DNA of 62,042 nt from Candidatus Omnitrophota bacterium (GTDB taxonomy: Bacteria; Omnitrophota; Gorgyraeia; Tantalellales; Tantalellaceae), in contig JBDRLO010000076.1 in the NCBI GenBank assembly GCA_043812935.1, positions 1-62,042 of the forward strand, in the 5' to 3' direction. Shown piece by piece: positions 16,710 to 26,380 of this stretch (the stretch's first letter is position 1; each line of letters starts with the position of its first letter). Under the pieces are notes generated by a model. The model saw nothing but the letters and a program-made list of their open reading frames with translations, was not told where the DNA came from and ran no database searches. A program made the translations under genes and the position numbers.

Positions 16710-19700
16710 ATGTCAAATAATCATAAAAAAGACAAGAATATTCGTAAAACATTAGTTTTCAAGCAGATAGTATTGGTTTTAGTACTTATGCTTTGCTTTG
16801 AAAACATTTGTTTTTCTCATGAAAATATTTCTCCCGAGTCGATTTTCGGGCCTCTAAATAGCGAACAGGTTAATCAGATAGGAGAACTTGAAGCGCATAT
16901 TCTTATGAAACTTTTGTACACATTAAAAAAAGGCACAAATTTGTTGGAACAAGCAAAAACAGGACGCGAGGTTCAAGATATTACCATAAAAAGACCCTAC
17001 GATCAAACCAGGGAACTTGTTGTCGCGTATGATTTACAAAAAGTACAAGAAGAATCCAAAAGTTTACCCGATGGATATTATATCGTTCCATCAACTTATG
17101 ATGATGTTCGGTATTATCACTTCATAAAGTTTAGTGATGAAAGCTACAATGTTGAAACTTTTACGGAGCAAGAATATTTAAAGTTGAACAAGGATTTGTT
17201 AAAAAATCTTATTCCTTTACCAGTTCGAAAAGAAGCTAAACGGATAAAATCAAAAAGAAAACATGAAATAGAAATAGATTCCATTATTTGGAAAAAAGCA
17301 AAACAAGGGTATCTTAAAAAAATACAAAACAATGCGCCTATAATTGGAGAGCTGTTGGAACTTATAAATGGTTTGGAGGTAGAAAGCCTGAAAAACGAAA
17401 TACAAACTTTAATTAAGCGAAACCAGATTTTTCTTATCACAGGGGATGTAGAAAACCTTAGTTTCGTTGGGCATGCTTCAGACAGAGGTATTTATTTAGT
17501 TAAAGGTAAAGGAGATAATTTGCCGGTTTTATTCTGGGAAATAATGAAGTTTAGAGGATTAAAACAGGAGCAAGAACTGGGAATAAGAACACAAATATTG
17601 CGATGGCAGAAAAACAAAAAAGATAAGCCCACGATTGAAGTTCTAAAAAAGTATTTAGTGAAAAACAGGCGCGAGACTCTCTTAAAAGACTACCCGGATA
17701 GAGCTTATTGGGGTGCAGAAAATAGCGAAGAAGAGTTGTTGCTACAATTAGCAGGAGTTCTCGGCAAAATTGAAGAAACGCGGAAGTTAATCAAAACGCA
17801 GAAAGAATTAAACGCAATAGAATCAAAACTTGACGAGCAAAAGAAAAAGCAAGCAGAATTCAAGCCCGAGGAAACTGAAGTCTTACAGCCATATGTAGAC
17901 GCTTTAGCAACTATTCAAAAATGCTCAAAAAAATTACAAAGAATGAGTTTGCGTTCTCAAGATGTTATGGAATGGCGTCTTTATGGAAATGCCAATGACA
18001 TAGAGATTAAACAAACCGTAGCACAGTTTTTTAATTCGAGCGACAAATCTCCAAAAACCCATTATCGAAATTTAGCGCTCAAATTTCACCCGGATAGGAT
18101 TCTTTTTTTGAATAAAAATGTTTCTATGAATATTCAGGAAATTCCTTCCATAAAAGAAAATTTTGAAAAAATATTTGCTTTTATTACAAATGCTTGGGAG
18201 TTTTATTTAAAAAAAGATGGAAATACCCGCAAAGAGATAGAGAACTTTTTGATAGTGGTTAAGGCGCTTGGCGAAATACCTATCACATTACGAAAAGCGT
18301 TCGATTTTACAGAAGTCATTGAAACGGTTAACCGGAACGTTAAGCAGTTAGAAACGGAAAGAAATGCCCTAAAACAAAACATGGCGCAAAATGCAAACCC
18401 TGAAAAAACATTGCAGGATTTAGCGCGGAGAAAAGGCAAAATACTAAACATATTTGGAGCAATTGATCAACATTTTTTTGAACATAAAAAAGAAGCTGTA
18501 ACTGCTGAATGTCTTAAAACTCTTGAAGTGCTGGAAACAGAAAAAGAGGAAGCCGTAAAAAAAGTTAAGCAAATTTTTATTGATCAAGAGACGCAAATCG
18601 GCAAAGAAAAAGAAGAAAATAAAGAGAAAAGAAACCTGGAATATCGAAAAAAAGAAAAAGCAAAAACTATTGCCGAAGAGAAGCATTCACAAACATATAG
18701 CGAATTTTATAAAATTCAAAAGCAAACGGAACACGAGTTCTATGAGAGGCGTTGCGAGGCATATGAGACAGAAAAACAAGTAAAACGAGATATTAATCAA
18801 ACTTTTTATGACGAACGGGATAAGATTTGGAGCCAAGAGAAATTAGAGATAAAAAAAATCGAGGAGAAGTATTCCCAAGAAGTACAAGTTTTTGACAGGA
18901 GATGTAAGCAAATTCAAGAAGATGCTAAAAAGGTTTTTGATAAGGAAAGTAGCAAGCTGAAAGAAATAAAAGAAAAATTAATAAAGGATGCCAAACAAAG
19001 TGCGGAGCAAAAATTTAAAACTATAAAAATTCCGAGAAAGGACGATGCTTACATAAAGGCATGGTCTCCAATCTATGAACAAAGGCAAAAAATAATAGAC
19101 CTTGCGGAAAAGAACTATCTGAACGAATGGAGTAAAATCTATGAACAAAGAAATAAGATGATAGACTTTGCGGGAAGCGCTTATAGTGACAAACGGTGTA
19201 GAAGCCGGGGCGTAATGGAGTCAGCGACAAAAAAGGTAAAAAATATATGTACGCATAAAATTAGTAAGTTAGAAAAAGAAAAAGAGCGAGCTATAAAAAT
19301 TGCCGAGGGACCATATAGCCGGATTAGAAAAGAAGGGGAAGAGAGTAAAGATATATTTGAAAAGAAGCGGTCCATGACGTTTAAAGAAGAAAGGAGAGAG
19401 ATAGGAAGTATAGAACAAGAATACACTGAATTTTGCCGCGCGAATTCAGAAGCTGATAAGGAGTTGGATAAAAAACTGGACAGGGCTAAAATCCTCAAAC
19501 AAAATGCTACACAAGCCGCAGAAAAAGAGTTCAAAAGCAAAAAGAAACAAGCTGAATTTAAAAGAGACACAATAACAAAAACGATAAACCAATTGATTGA
19601 AACAGATTTTCAGGGTAGTGTTTCCGCTGAGCATGTTTCAAACGCGAAAGGTTCAGCTAAATCCGCGATAGATACACTTCTTACATACGTTACTTTCTTT

Positions 19701-20657
19701 AAGAACAGGAAATTTTCACTTTATGAATTTCAATCTAAACGGTTTCTTTCATTCGAAGAACGAGAAAAGCGGGCAGTGAAACAAGGTGTCGCGCCCCAGC
19801 AAGTTGCTAAGGTATATTCAAAAACAACTGTGCAGAAAGAATTGGAGATTTTGGAGGCTATAGGTATTTTGACATATGCAGGAAAAGGTGGAAAACAAAA
19901 TCTTTATAAACTAACCGAGGCTGGAACAAGGTTGTTGCGAAATCCTGTAAGCTTGAAAGCTATTATGGAAATTCCAGAGCTTAATCAGTATGACATTTAT
20001 GGACGAAACTCTCAGGAGCGAATAGAAAAATTGGCGGTATTAAAACAAAAAGTGGGTATGCATTTAGTATCTGAAATTACTCCACAACCTACAATACCTG
20101 AACAAAAAACGCTTATTCATGTGATTTGTAAAGATTTGGTGAAAGACTTTAGAGATGGCTTAAGGACGGTCTTTACTGCCGATTTATTGAAAATAGCGCG
20201 TAAAAATAATAGGGATAATAGAATGAAAGAAAAGATCGAATTTGTTTCAAAACATGAATTACTTGCTAGAGTCTCAGCTTTAACGATGAATTCTAACAAT
20301 ATCGTGGACGTTGCTCTTAGCGATAGAGCGTTTATAGGAAAATTACCTGAAAATGTTAAATCATTAGTCTTCGAATCCTATCCTTCTTCTGACTTTATAA
20401 ATATGCACGGCGTTTTGTCTGCATTGCGTGCTCTTCAGAATGACGACATAATAACATTAACGGAAATATATAAAATTCTGACAGGACAAGAATTCGATCA
20501 AATGGAAAAACTAATAAGTCTTGATCGGAAGAGCCCAAAATATTATCAAGAAGTGGCGAAACTTATTATATTTCACCTCCCACCCGTTATAGTATATGAC
20601 ACCACAGAACTAAAAAAGATGAATAAACAGATGCTGAATTTACTCAAATCAGCTTAA
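16710..20657 (+). CDS. Large secreted multidomain protein: J-domain, 22-residue helical repeats, winged HTH, shared C-terminal domain
   Basis: Basic N-region plus hydrophobic signal; HYRNLALKFHPDR; WSPIYEQRQKIIDLAE / WSKIYEQRNKMIDFAG; SKTTVQKELEILEAIGIL...YKLT; ends LPPVIVYDTTELKKMNKQMLNLLKSA. Confidence 0.8.
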   Translation: MSNNHKKDKNIRKTLVFKQIVLVLVLMLCFENICFSHENISPESIFGPLNSEQVNQIGELEAHILMKLLYTLKKGTNLLEQAKTGREVQDITIKRPYDQTRELVVAYDLQKVQEESKSLPDGYYIVPSTYDDVRYYHFIKFSDESYNVETFTEQEYLKLNKDLLKNLIPLPVRKEAKRIKSKRKHEIEIDSIIWKKAKQGYLKKIQNNAPIIGELLELINGLEVESLKNEIQTLIKRNQIFLITGDVENLSFVGHASDRGIYLVKGKGDNLPVLFWEIMKFRGLKQEQELGIRTQILRWQKNKKDKPTIEVLKKYLVKNRRETLLKDYPDRAYWGAENSEEELLLQLAGVLGKIEETRKLIKTQKELNAIESKLDEQKKKQAEFKPEETEVLQPYVDALATIQKCSKKLQRMSLRSQDVMEWRLYGNANDIEIKQTVAQFFNSSDKSPKTHYRNLALKFHPDRILFLNKNVSMNIQEIPSIKENFEKIFAFITNAWEFYLKKDGNTRKEIENFLIVVKALGEIPITLRKAFDFTEVIETVNRNVKQLETERNALKQNMAQNANPEKTLQDLARRKGKILNIFGAIDQHFFEHKKEAVTAECLKTLEVLETEKEEAVKKVKQIFIDQETQIGKEKEENKEKRNLEYRKKEKAKTIAEEKHSQTYSEFYKIQKQTEHEFYERRCEAYETEKQVKRDINQTFYDERDKIWSQEKLEIKKIEEKYSQEVQVFDRRCKQIQEDAKKVFDKESSKLKEIKEKLIKDAKQSAEQKFKTIKIPRKDDAYIKAWSPIYEQRQKIIDLAEKNYLNEWSKIYEQRNKMIDFAGSAYSDKRCRSRGVMESATKKVKNICTHKISKLEKEKERAIKIAEGPYSRIRKEGEESKDIFEKKRSMTFKEERREIGSIEQEYTEFCRANSEADKELDKKLDRAKILKQNATQAAEKEFKSKKKQAEFKRDTITKTINQLIETDFQGSVSAEHVSNAKGSAKSAIDTLLTYVTFFKNRKFSLYEFQSKRFLSFEEREKRAVKQGVAPQQVAKVYSKTTVQKELEILEAIGILTYAGKGGKQNLYKLTEAGTRLLRNPVSLKAIMEIPELNQYDIYGRNSQERIEKLAVLKQKVGMHLVSEITPQPTIPEQKTLIHVICKDLVKDFRDGLRTVFTADLLKIARKNNRDNRMKEKIEFVSKHELLARVSALTMNSNNIVDVALSDRAFIGKLPENVKSLVFESYPSSDFINMHGVLSALRALQNDDIITLTEIYKILTGQEFDQMEKLISLDRKSPKYYQEVAKLIIFHLPPVIVYDTTELKKMNKQMLNLLKSA

Positions 20658-20718
20658 GCAAAATGGCATCAAGCCATGTTAAGAAAACATCTTCCACTTC
20701 GCTTAAAAACAAAAACAT

Positions 20719-20746
20719 TTGACAAAAAACAAAATAAGCATACAAT
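20719..20746 (+). promoter_or_regulatory. Putative sigma70 promoter (sense) for the 535-aa gene
   Basis: TTGACA-16bp-TACAAT. Confidence 0.6.
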
Positions 20747-20785
20747 AAAAAAGGCGGGTGAGGGTAGGGGATATTCACCCGCCTT
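20747..20785 (-). terminator. Intrinsic terminator on the minus strand
   Basis: 11-bp perfect stem aaggcgggtga (20751-20761) / tcacccgcctt (20775-20785); A-run at 20747-20752 gives a U-tract only on the - strand. Confidence 0.65.
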
Positions 20786-20823
20786 AGACCCTAAAACAGA
20801 ACTGATTTAGGGCTTCTATCTAA
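20747..20823 (-). ncRNA. Candidate ~75-nt cis-antisense small RNA
   Basis: Bounded by a minus-strand promoter (20829-20856) and a minus-strand terminator; internal hairpin ccctaaa (20789-20795) / tttaggg (20806-20812). Confidence 0.4.
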
Positions 20824-20828
20824 GATAT

Positions 20829-20856
20829 ATTTTATCAAAAATCGGAAATGTGTCAA
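20829..20856 (-). promoter_or_regulatory. Putative sigma70 promoter (antisense)
   Basis: Minus strand reads TTGACA-16bp-TAAAAT with extended -10 TGn. Confidence 0.6.
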
Positions 20857-20916
20857 GCAGAACTTTAGATAGGAATAGAGAGTTTAAAACTGTTTCGGGA
20901 CACAAAGGGGTTTATT

Positions 20917-22524
20917 ATGAAAGCAAAAGGATCTATATTGATAATGACATTGTTGGTGGCAGTTAATTTGTTTGTGGTAAAGATTTTTGCTTTATCGCCG
21001 GAATGGTTGAAAAACATTTCTCCTGTTATAAATGGCAGTATTTTATGTTTTGAAAATATTAAGGGAGAAACGGATTTTTACATTGGCACGGATGAAGGTA
21101 TGTATTGGACAAGAAACGCAGGGGAAGAATGGGAGAAAATACTTTTGCCGCCGGGTATTTTTAAGATTTATGATATAGTTCTTACAAGTAAAAATATTTT
21201 CATACTTTGTGAAAAAGGCATATATAAATCAGACAGGTTTGAGTTGTTTTGGAAACGTGTATCCAAGATGAAAGGTATAACAGGGATCGCCTCTTTTCTT
21301 AAAGAAGAAAATGAGTGGGCGGTGTTTGCTTGGTCGGGTAAATGCTTTTATGAAATTGATAAGAATGGAATGAAAAAAATAGGGCCAAAGTTTTTAAAAG
21401 ATGATATTCAGAATGTATCGATGAGAGACGAATATTTATTTTGGACAGCAGCCGGCAGCGTATTTATTTTGGATATTAGAAATAATAAATGGGATGAAAT
21501 ACGTCTTTTTAGTGAAAAGAGTTTTGTGGAAGATGATGACCCCGTGGATAAGAATAGGTTCGAATCGGAATTAAATGAAGATACGTTAAAAGTAACGTCT
21601 ATTAAAGACATGAGTTTGTTTAGCGATAGCAGCATTATTATTTTGGATAGTAAAGGGATACATGTTTTAGACAATAATGGCAGATTAAAAGAGGATATTA
21701 GCGTTTCAGGATTGCCTTTGCGTGATCTGGTGCAGCTAACGTGCGAGGATAATTATGTTTTTGCAGCGTCCGACGGCAAAGTTTTTTTATACAGTTTTGA
21801 GACAAAATCCTGGCAGTTAATTTTTGAAACAACTTTACCTGGGAAAATATCCCGCATAGGTGTGTACAAAAATATGTCAAATGGTATATGTTTGTGGGTT
21901 GCCGCTGATAAAAATCTCTATAGGAAAAATATCGAGCCTGGAAATCTGATATTTGTGCCGGATAATTTTGAAAAGAAATATCAATTGGAAGCATTATATA
22001 AACCTTCGATAAAAGATGTCCAGAAAATGGCAATTGACTATGCGGAAGTAAACAATGACAAAATTAAAAAATGGCGGAATGCTTCAAGATGGAAAGCGGT
22101 ATTCCCGAAATTTTCAATTAGTTTTTCAGAATCAATAGGGGATAATGTGGAAATATACAAAAGCGCGACCACAGCTTATGTTGTAAGCGGACCGAAGGAA
22201 AAAGACAATGATTGGGATTTTAGCCTTAGTTGGGATTTTTCAGACTTAATCTGGAATGACGCTCAGACCAGTATAGATGTCAGGAGCAAATTAATGGTTC
22301 AGTTAAGGGAAGAGATTCTCGAAGAAGTAACGCGGTTATATTTTGAGAGAATAAAGATTTTACTATATATACAGGAAATGGAAAGAACCGCGAATCAAAT
22401 GCATGCATGCGGAACAAAAGGATTTTTAGAAAATTTGCAAAAATTACATGAAGTTACAGCTTATATAGACGCTTTAACCGGCGGAGAATTTTCTGAAGCA
22501 ATCAAAACAGATTTAGGAACATAG
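20917..22524 (+). CDS. Exported beta-propeller (YCF48/BNR-like) fused to a single OEP/TolC-like half repeat
   Basis: Signal peptide; beta-rich repeats (FYIGTDEGMYWTRNAGEEW, GIYKSD); C-term PSIKDVQKMAI...AVFPKFSISFS...WDFSLSWDFSDLIW...LREEILEEVTRLYFER. Confidence 0.6.
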   Translation: MKAKGSILIMTLLVAVNLFVVKIFALSPEWLKNISPVINGSILCFENIKGETDFYIGTDEGMYWTRNAGEEWEKILLPPGIFKIYDIVLTSKNIFILCEKGIYKSDRFELFWKRVSKMKGITGIASFLKEENEWAVFAWSGKCFYEIDKNGMKKIGPKFLKDDIQNVSMRDEYLFWTAAGSVFILDIRNNKWDEIRLFSEKSFVEDDDPVDKNRFESELNEDTLKVTSIKDMSLFSDSSIIILDSKGIHVLDNNGRLKEDISVSGLPLRDLVQLTCEDNYVFAASDGKVFLYSFETKSWQLIFETTLPGKISRIGVYKNMSNGICLWVAADKNLYRKNIEPGNLIFVPDNFEKKYQLEALYKPSIKDVQKMAIDYAEVNNDKIKKWRNASRWKAVFPKFSISFSESIGDNVEIYKSATTAYVVSGPKEKDNDWDFSLSWDFSDLIWNDAQTSIDVRSKLMVQLREEILEEVTRLYFERIKILLYIQEMERTANQMHACGTKGFLENLQKLHEVTAYIDALTGGEFSEAIKTDLGT

Positions 22525-22674
22525 CCGAGACTTGGGACTGGACATTTAAGCGGGTATTGACAACAATAATATTTGATAGTCCGGCAATCCTTGTAGAGTA
22601 TGGATTAGCGGTCAAAACCGATCAAAACAGAGGGTAAATGGCCTTTGGGACTTGATTGTAAAAGCTGAATTCCC

Positions 22675-22702
22675 TTGACAAAAACTATATTACTGTTACA
22701 AT
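22675..22702 (+). promoter_or_regulatory. Putative sigma70 promoter for the fabG operon
   Basis: TTGACA-16bp-TACAAT with TGn extension. Confidence 0.6.
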
Positions 22703-22727
22703 CTACTTCGGAAAAACGGAGGTAAAA

Positions 22728-23471
22728 ATGAAACTGGAAAACAGGGTTTCCATGATAACAGGCGCGGCTCGTGGAATTGGTAAAGAAACAGCCATGCTTT
22801 TTGCTTTGGAAGGTTCTGATTTGGCAATATGTGACGTTAATGAAGAGATCTTGGCATCCACGAAAAGTGAAATCGAAGAAAAAACCGGAAGAAAAGTAAT
22901 AACTGAAAAAGTTAATGTGACGTCAGTTAAGGAAGTTGATGATTTCGTTAAGAAAATTCTTGACAATTTTGGCAAGTTAGATATACTTGTCAACAATGCG
23001 GGCATTACAAGAGACAATCTTTTGCTCAGGATGTCAGATGAAGAGTGGGATACGGTTTTGGATGTAAACCTTAAGGGGGCTTTTAACTGTATAAAAGCAG
23101 TTAGCCGGACGATGATGAAAAAAAGAACCGGCAGAATAGTTAATATGGCTTCAATTATAGGTATAATGGGGAATGCGGGCCAGGCGAATTATTCAGCTTC
23201 AAAAGGCGGACTTATAGCGCTGACGAAAACAGCGGCAAAAGAACTGGGATCTCGTAACATAAATGTTAATGCTATAGCACCCGGTTTTATTCAAACGGAT
23301 ATGACAGATAAGCTTTCAGAAGATGCAAAATCAAAGCTTTTAGGGTTTATTCCTTTGGGACGTATGGGGCAAACGGAAGATGTTGCAAAGTTAGCTCTTT
23401 TTTTGGCAAGTGAAGACGCCGCGTATATTACGGGCCAGGTTGTCCAGGTTGACGGCGGAATGGTTATGTAA
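22728..23471 (+). CDS. fabG: 3-oxoacyl-ACP reductase
   Basis: TGAARGIG, NNAGITRD, YSASK, NAIAPGFIQTDMT; next to acpP. Confidence 0.95.
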   Translation: MKLENRVSMITGAARGIGKETAMLFALEGSDLAICDVNEEILASTKSEIEEKTGRKVITEKVNVTSVKEVDDFVKKILDNFGKLDILVNNAGITRDNLLLRMSDEEWDTVLDVNLKGAFNCIKAVSRTMMKKRTGRIVNMASIIGIMGNAGQANYSASKGGLIALTKTAAKELGSRNINVNAIAPGFIQTDMTDKLSEDAKSKLLGFIPLGRMGQTEDVAKLALFLASEDAAYITGQVVQVDGGMVM

Positions 23472-23526
23472 CAATTAAATTTATAATCCGTGATGTGCAT
23501 ATTAATCACGCAAAAAGGAGGAAAAT

Positions 23527-23769
23527 ATGTCTGAGATAGCGGAAAAGGTCAAGTCTATTGTAGCTGAACAGCTGGGAGTTAAGATCGAAGAAGTAAAAGA
23601 AGATGCTAAATTTATTGACGATCTTGGAGCCGATTCTTTGGATACAGTGGAACTTGTTATGGCTCTTGAAGAAGAGTTTGGCGCTGAAATACCGGACGAA
23701 GAAGCAGAAAAACTTACCACAGTTGGCGAAGCGATTAATTACATCACAGATAAAGCTGCGGAGAAATAG
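23527..23769 (+). CDS. acpP: Acyl carrier protein
   Basis: [20 protein letters not shown]. Confidence 0.97.
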   Translation: MSEIAEKVKSIVAEQLGVKIEEVKEDAKFIDDLGADSLDTVELVMALEEEFGAEIPDEEAEKLTTVGEAINYITDKAAEK

Positions 23770-23831
23770 TTTTTGTAGTTTTATATAGAACGCTGAATTT
23801 TTCATTCCTAAAATATGGATAATAGTAAATA

Positions 23832-25094
23832 ATGTCTAAAACACGAAGAGTAGTCCTTACGGGGGTAGGTGCAGTTACTCCCGTAGGGAACAATGTTAAA
23901 GATTTTTGGCAAGCGGTTATAACCGGAAAAAGCGGGACAGCCCGTCTTACCGCGTTTGACCCTAATCCTTTTAATTCGCAGATTGCCGCTGAAATTAAGG
24001 GGTTTGATGCTACAAAATATGTCAGTTCCAAACAGGATCGGCGTCTTGATCCTTTTGTTAAATATGCGATTGGCGCGGCAAAAATGGCATTCGAGGATAG
24101 TGGTCTTGACGAAGAGAAAATTAATCTTGAAAGATCAGGAGTATATATCGGGTCAGGGATAGGAGGGCTTCATACTGTTGAAGCCGAACATGCAAAATAT
24201 ATACAAACCTATGATGAAACCAAAGCAGCTTCCAGAATTTCTCCATTTCTAATACCTATGCTAATTGTAAATATGGCATCCGGGTTAGTATCAATTGAAT
24301 TAGGGTTTAAGGGGCCGAATTCGGCGGCTGTAACTGCGTGCGCGACAGCGAGTCATTCAATCGGGGACGCGTTTAAAATAATACAGCGAAATGAAGCTGA
24401 CATAATGGTTGCCGGAGGGTCAGAAGCGGCTATAACCAAGATGGGATTTGGCGGGTTTTGTGCGTTAAAAGCTCTTTCAAAGCGTAATCATGAACCGGAA
24501 AAAGCTTCACGTCCGTTTGATCGTGAGAGAGATGGTTTTGTTATGGGTGAAGGAGCTGCTGTTATTGTGATTGAGGAGTTAGGACATGCAAAAAAACGGG
24601 GCGCTCATATATATTGTGAATTGGTGGGGTATGGTATGAGCGGTGATGCGTATCATATGACAGCCCCAGATCCGGAGGGTTCCGGAGCTGTGAGATGTAT
24701 GAAAATAGCGCTTGAAGACGCTGAAATTAATCCTGAAGATGTAGATTACATAAACGCTCATGGCACTTCAACGCCTTTGAATGATAAGATGGAAACCGGG
24801 GCTATTAAATCAGTTTTTGGCGAGTATGCGTATAAACTTGCCGTTAGTTCGACTAAAGGTGTTACGGGACATTTGCTTGGCGCAACCGGTGCTGCTGAGC
24901 TTATTGCCTGTGCAAAAGCTATTGAAAATAAAGTCATTCCCCCAACCATCAATTATGAATATCCTGATCCTGATTGTGATTTGGATTATGTTCCCAATGA
25001 AGCAAGAGAAAAGGAAGTTAAGGTAGCAATTAGTAATTCTCTTGGTTTTGGCGGGCATAATGTTACATTGGTCTTAAAAAAATTTGAGGATTAA
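23832..25094 (+). CDS. fabF: Beta-ketoacyl-ACP synthase II
   Basis: [29 protein letters not shown]. Confidence 0.96.
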   Translation: MSKTRRVVLTGVGAVTPVGNNVKDFWQAVITGKSGTARLTAFDPNPFNSQIAAEIKGFDATKYVSSKQDRRLDPFVKYAIGAAKMAFEDSGLDEEKINLERSGVYIGSGIGGLHTVEAEHAKYIQTYDETKAASRISPFLIPMLIVNMASGLVSIELGFKGPNSAAVTACATASHSIGDAFKIIQRNEADIMVAGGSEAAITKMGFGGFCALKALSKRNHEPEKASRPFDRERDGFVMGEGAAVIVIEELGHAKKRGAHIYCELVGYGMSGDAYHMTAPDPEGSGAVRCMKIALEDAEINPEDVDYINAHGTSTPLNDKMETGAIKSVFGEYAYKLAVSSTKGVTGHLLGATGAAELIACAKAIENKVIPPTINYEYPDPDCDLDYVPNEAREKEVKVAISNSLGFGGHNVTLVLKKFED

Positions 25095-25178
25095 GTTTTT
25101 ATCCGACAATTTAGAAGTAGGAATTCCTATCGGAAATCTTTTAAATAATTAATAAAACGAAAAATAAGGAGACAGAAT

Positions 25179-26336
25179 ATGGATTATCTCTTGACTGAAG
25201 AACAACAAATGATAAGAGATTTATGTCGTCAAATTGCGGAAGAAAAGATAAAACCCGTAGCCGCTGAATATGATGAACGCGGTGAGTTCCCATGGGACAT
25301 TGTAAAAGTATTTGCGGAATCAGATATTTGCGGTGTGTATATTCCTGAAGAATATGGCGGTATGGGCGGCGGTGTTCTTGAAATGGCTATTGCCGCGGAA
25401 GAACTTTCCTGGGGATGCGGAGGCATTTCTTTGGCTTTTGCTGCTACTGGTTTGGGAACCTATCCTATCCTTCTTTATGGAAACGAACAGCAGAAATCAA
25501 AATATCTTCCGGATATTGCTTCAGGTAAAAAGCTTGCCGCGTTTGCGATTACCGAAGCCGAAGCAGGATCTGATGCTGGAGGAATAAAGACAACCGCGGA
25601 AAAAGACGGAGATCATTATATCCTTAACGGAACGAAACAATGGATAACAAACGGCGGAGAAGCTGAAATTTATACGGTTATTGCAATGACCAATAAGTCA
25701 AAAGGGCCACGCGGTGCAAGCGCTTTTATTGTTGATAAAGATACTCCAGGCGTAAGCTTTGGTAAGAAAGAAAATAAATTAGGGATAAGAGCTTCAGCCA
25801 CGCGGGAAGTTATTTTTACGGATTGTAAAATTCCGAAAGAAAATCTTCTCGGGAGGGAAGGTCTAGGATTTATTGTTGCAATGAAAACTTTTGATCATTC
25901 CCGGCCGGGTGTTGCGGCGCAGGCTTTGGGAATCGCGCAAAGAGCTTTAGATGAATCTGTTAAGTATTCTCATGAAAGAAAACAGTTTAATACTACAATA
26001 TCGTCTTTTCAGGGAATACAGTTTATGCTTGCGGATATGGCAATGCAGGTAGAAGCATCCCGCGCATTGATATATTCTGCCGCGCGCATGATTGATTCAG
26101 GAGCTAAAAATGTATCCAAGATATCTGCTATGTGCAAAACTTTTGCTTCTGATACAGCGATGAAGGTTACTACGGATGCGATACAGGTTTTTGGAGGATA
26201 CGGCTATATGAAAGAGTATCCGGTTGAAAAACTCATGAGAGACGCCAAAATTACACAGATTTATGAAGGTACTAACCAAATACAGAGAGGTGTAATCGCG
26301 TCAGCTTTAATAAAAGAAGGCCTTGCAAAGAAATAA
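25179..26336 (+). CDS. Acyl-CoA dehydrogenase (butyryl-CoA dehydrogenase-like)
   Basis: FAITEAEAGSD, NGTKQWITNG, QVFGGYGY, IYEGTNQIQR. Confidence 0.93.
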   Translation: MDYLLTEEQQMIRDLCRQIAEEKIKPVAAEYDERGEFPWDIVKVFAESDICGVYIPEEYGGMGGGVLEMAIAAEELSWGCGGISLAFAATGLGTYPILLYGNEQQKSKYLPDIASGKKLAAFAITEAEAGSDAGGIKTTAEKDGDHYILNGTKQWITNGGEAEIYTVIAMTNKSKGPRGASAFIVDKDTPGVSFGKKENKLGIRASATREVIFTDCKIPKENLLGREGLGFIVAMKTFDHSRPGVAAQALGIAQRALDESVKYSHERKQFNTTISSFQGIQFMLADMAMQVEASRALIYSAARMIDSGAKNVSKISAMCKTFASDTAMKVTTDAIQVFGGYGYMKEYPVEKLMRDAKITQIYEGTNQIQRGVIASALIKEGLAKK

Positions 26337-26380
26337 GGCTTTATTAATAAGTTTGTAATTTAATTAACAGGACAAAAGCT

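Noticed and set aside
18400-19600. SMC-like or ATP synthase b-like identity for the coiled region of the 1315-aa protein
   Set aside because: No Walker motifs or membrane anchor; low-complexity charged helices give spurious resemblance
20848-20868. Mini-ORF MCQAEL* as a type I toxin or leader peptide
   Set aside because: Six codons, not hydrophobic, no RBS
22578-22652. tRNA gene
   Set aside because: Cloverleaf-like, but no 7-bp acceptor stem, no GTTCRA T-loop and no proper anticodon arm
25101-25135. taggaattccta palindrome between fabF and the acyl-CoA dehydrogenase gene
   Set aside because: Single short copy; cannot separate an operator from a decayed repeat or chance
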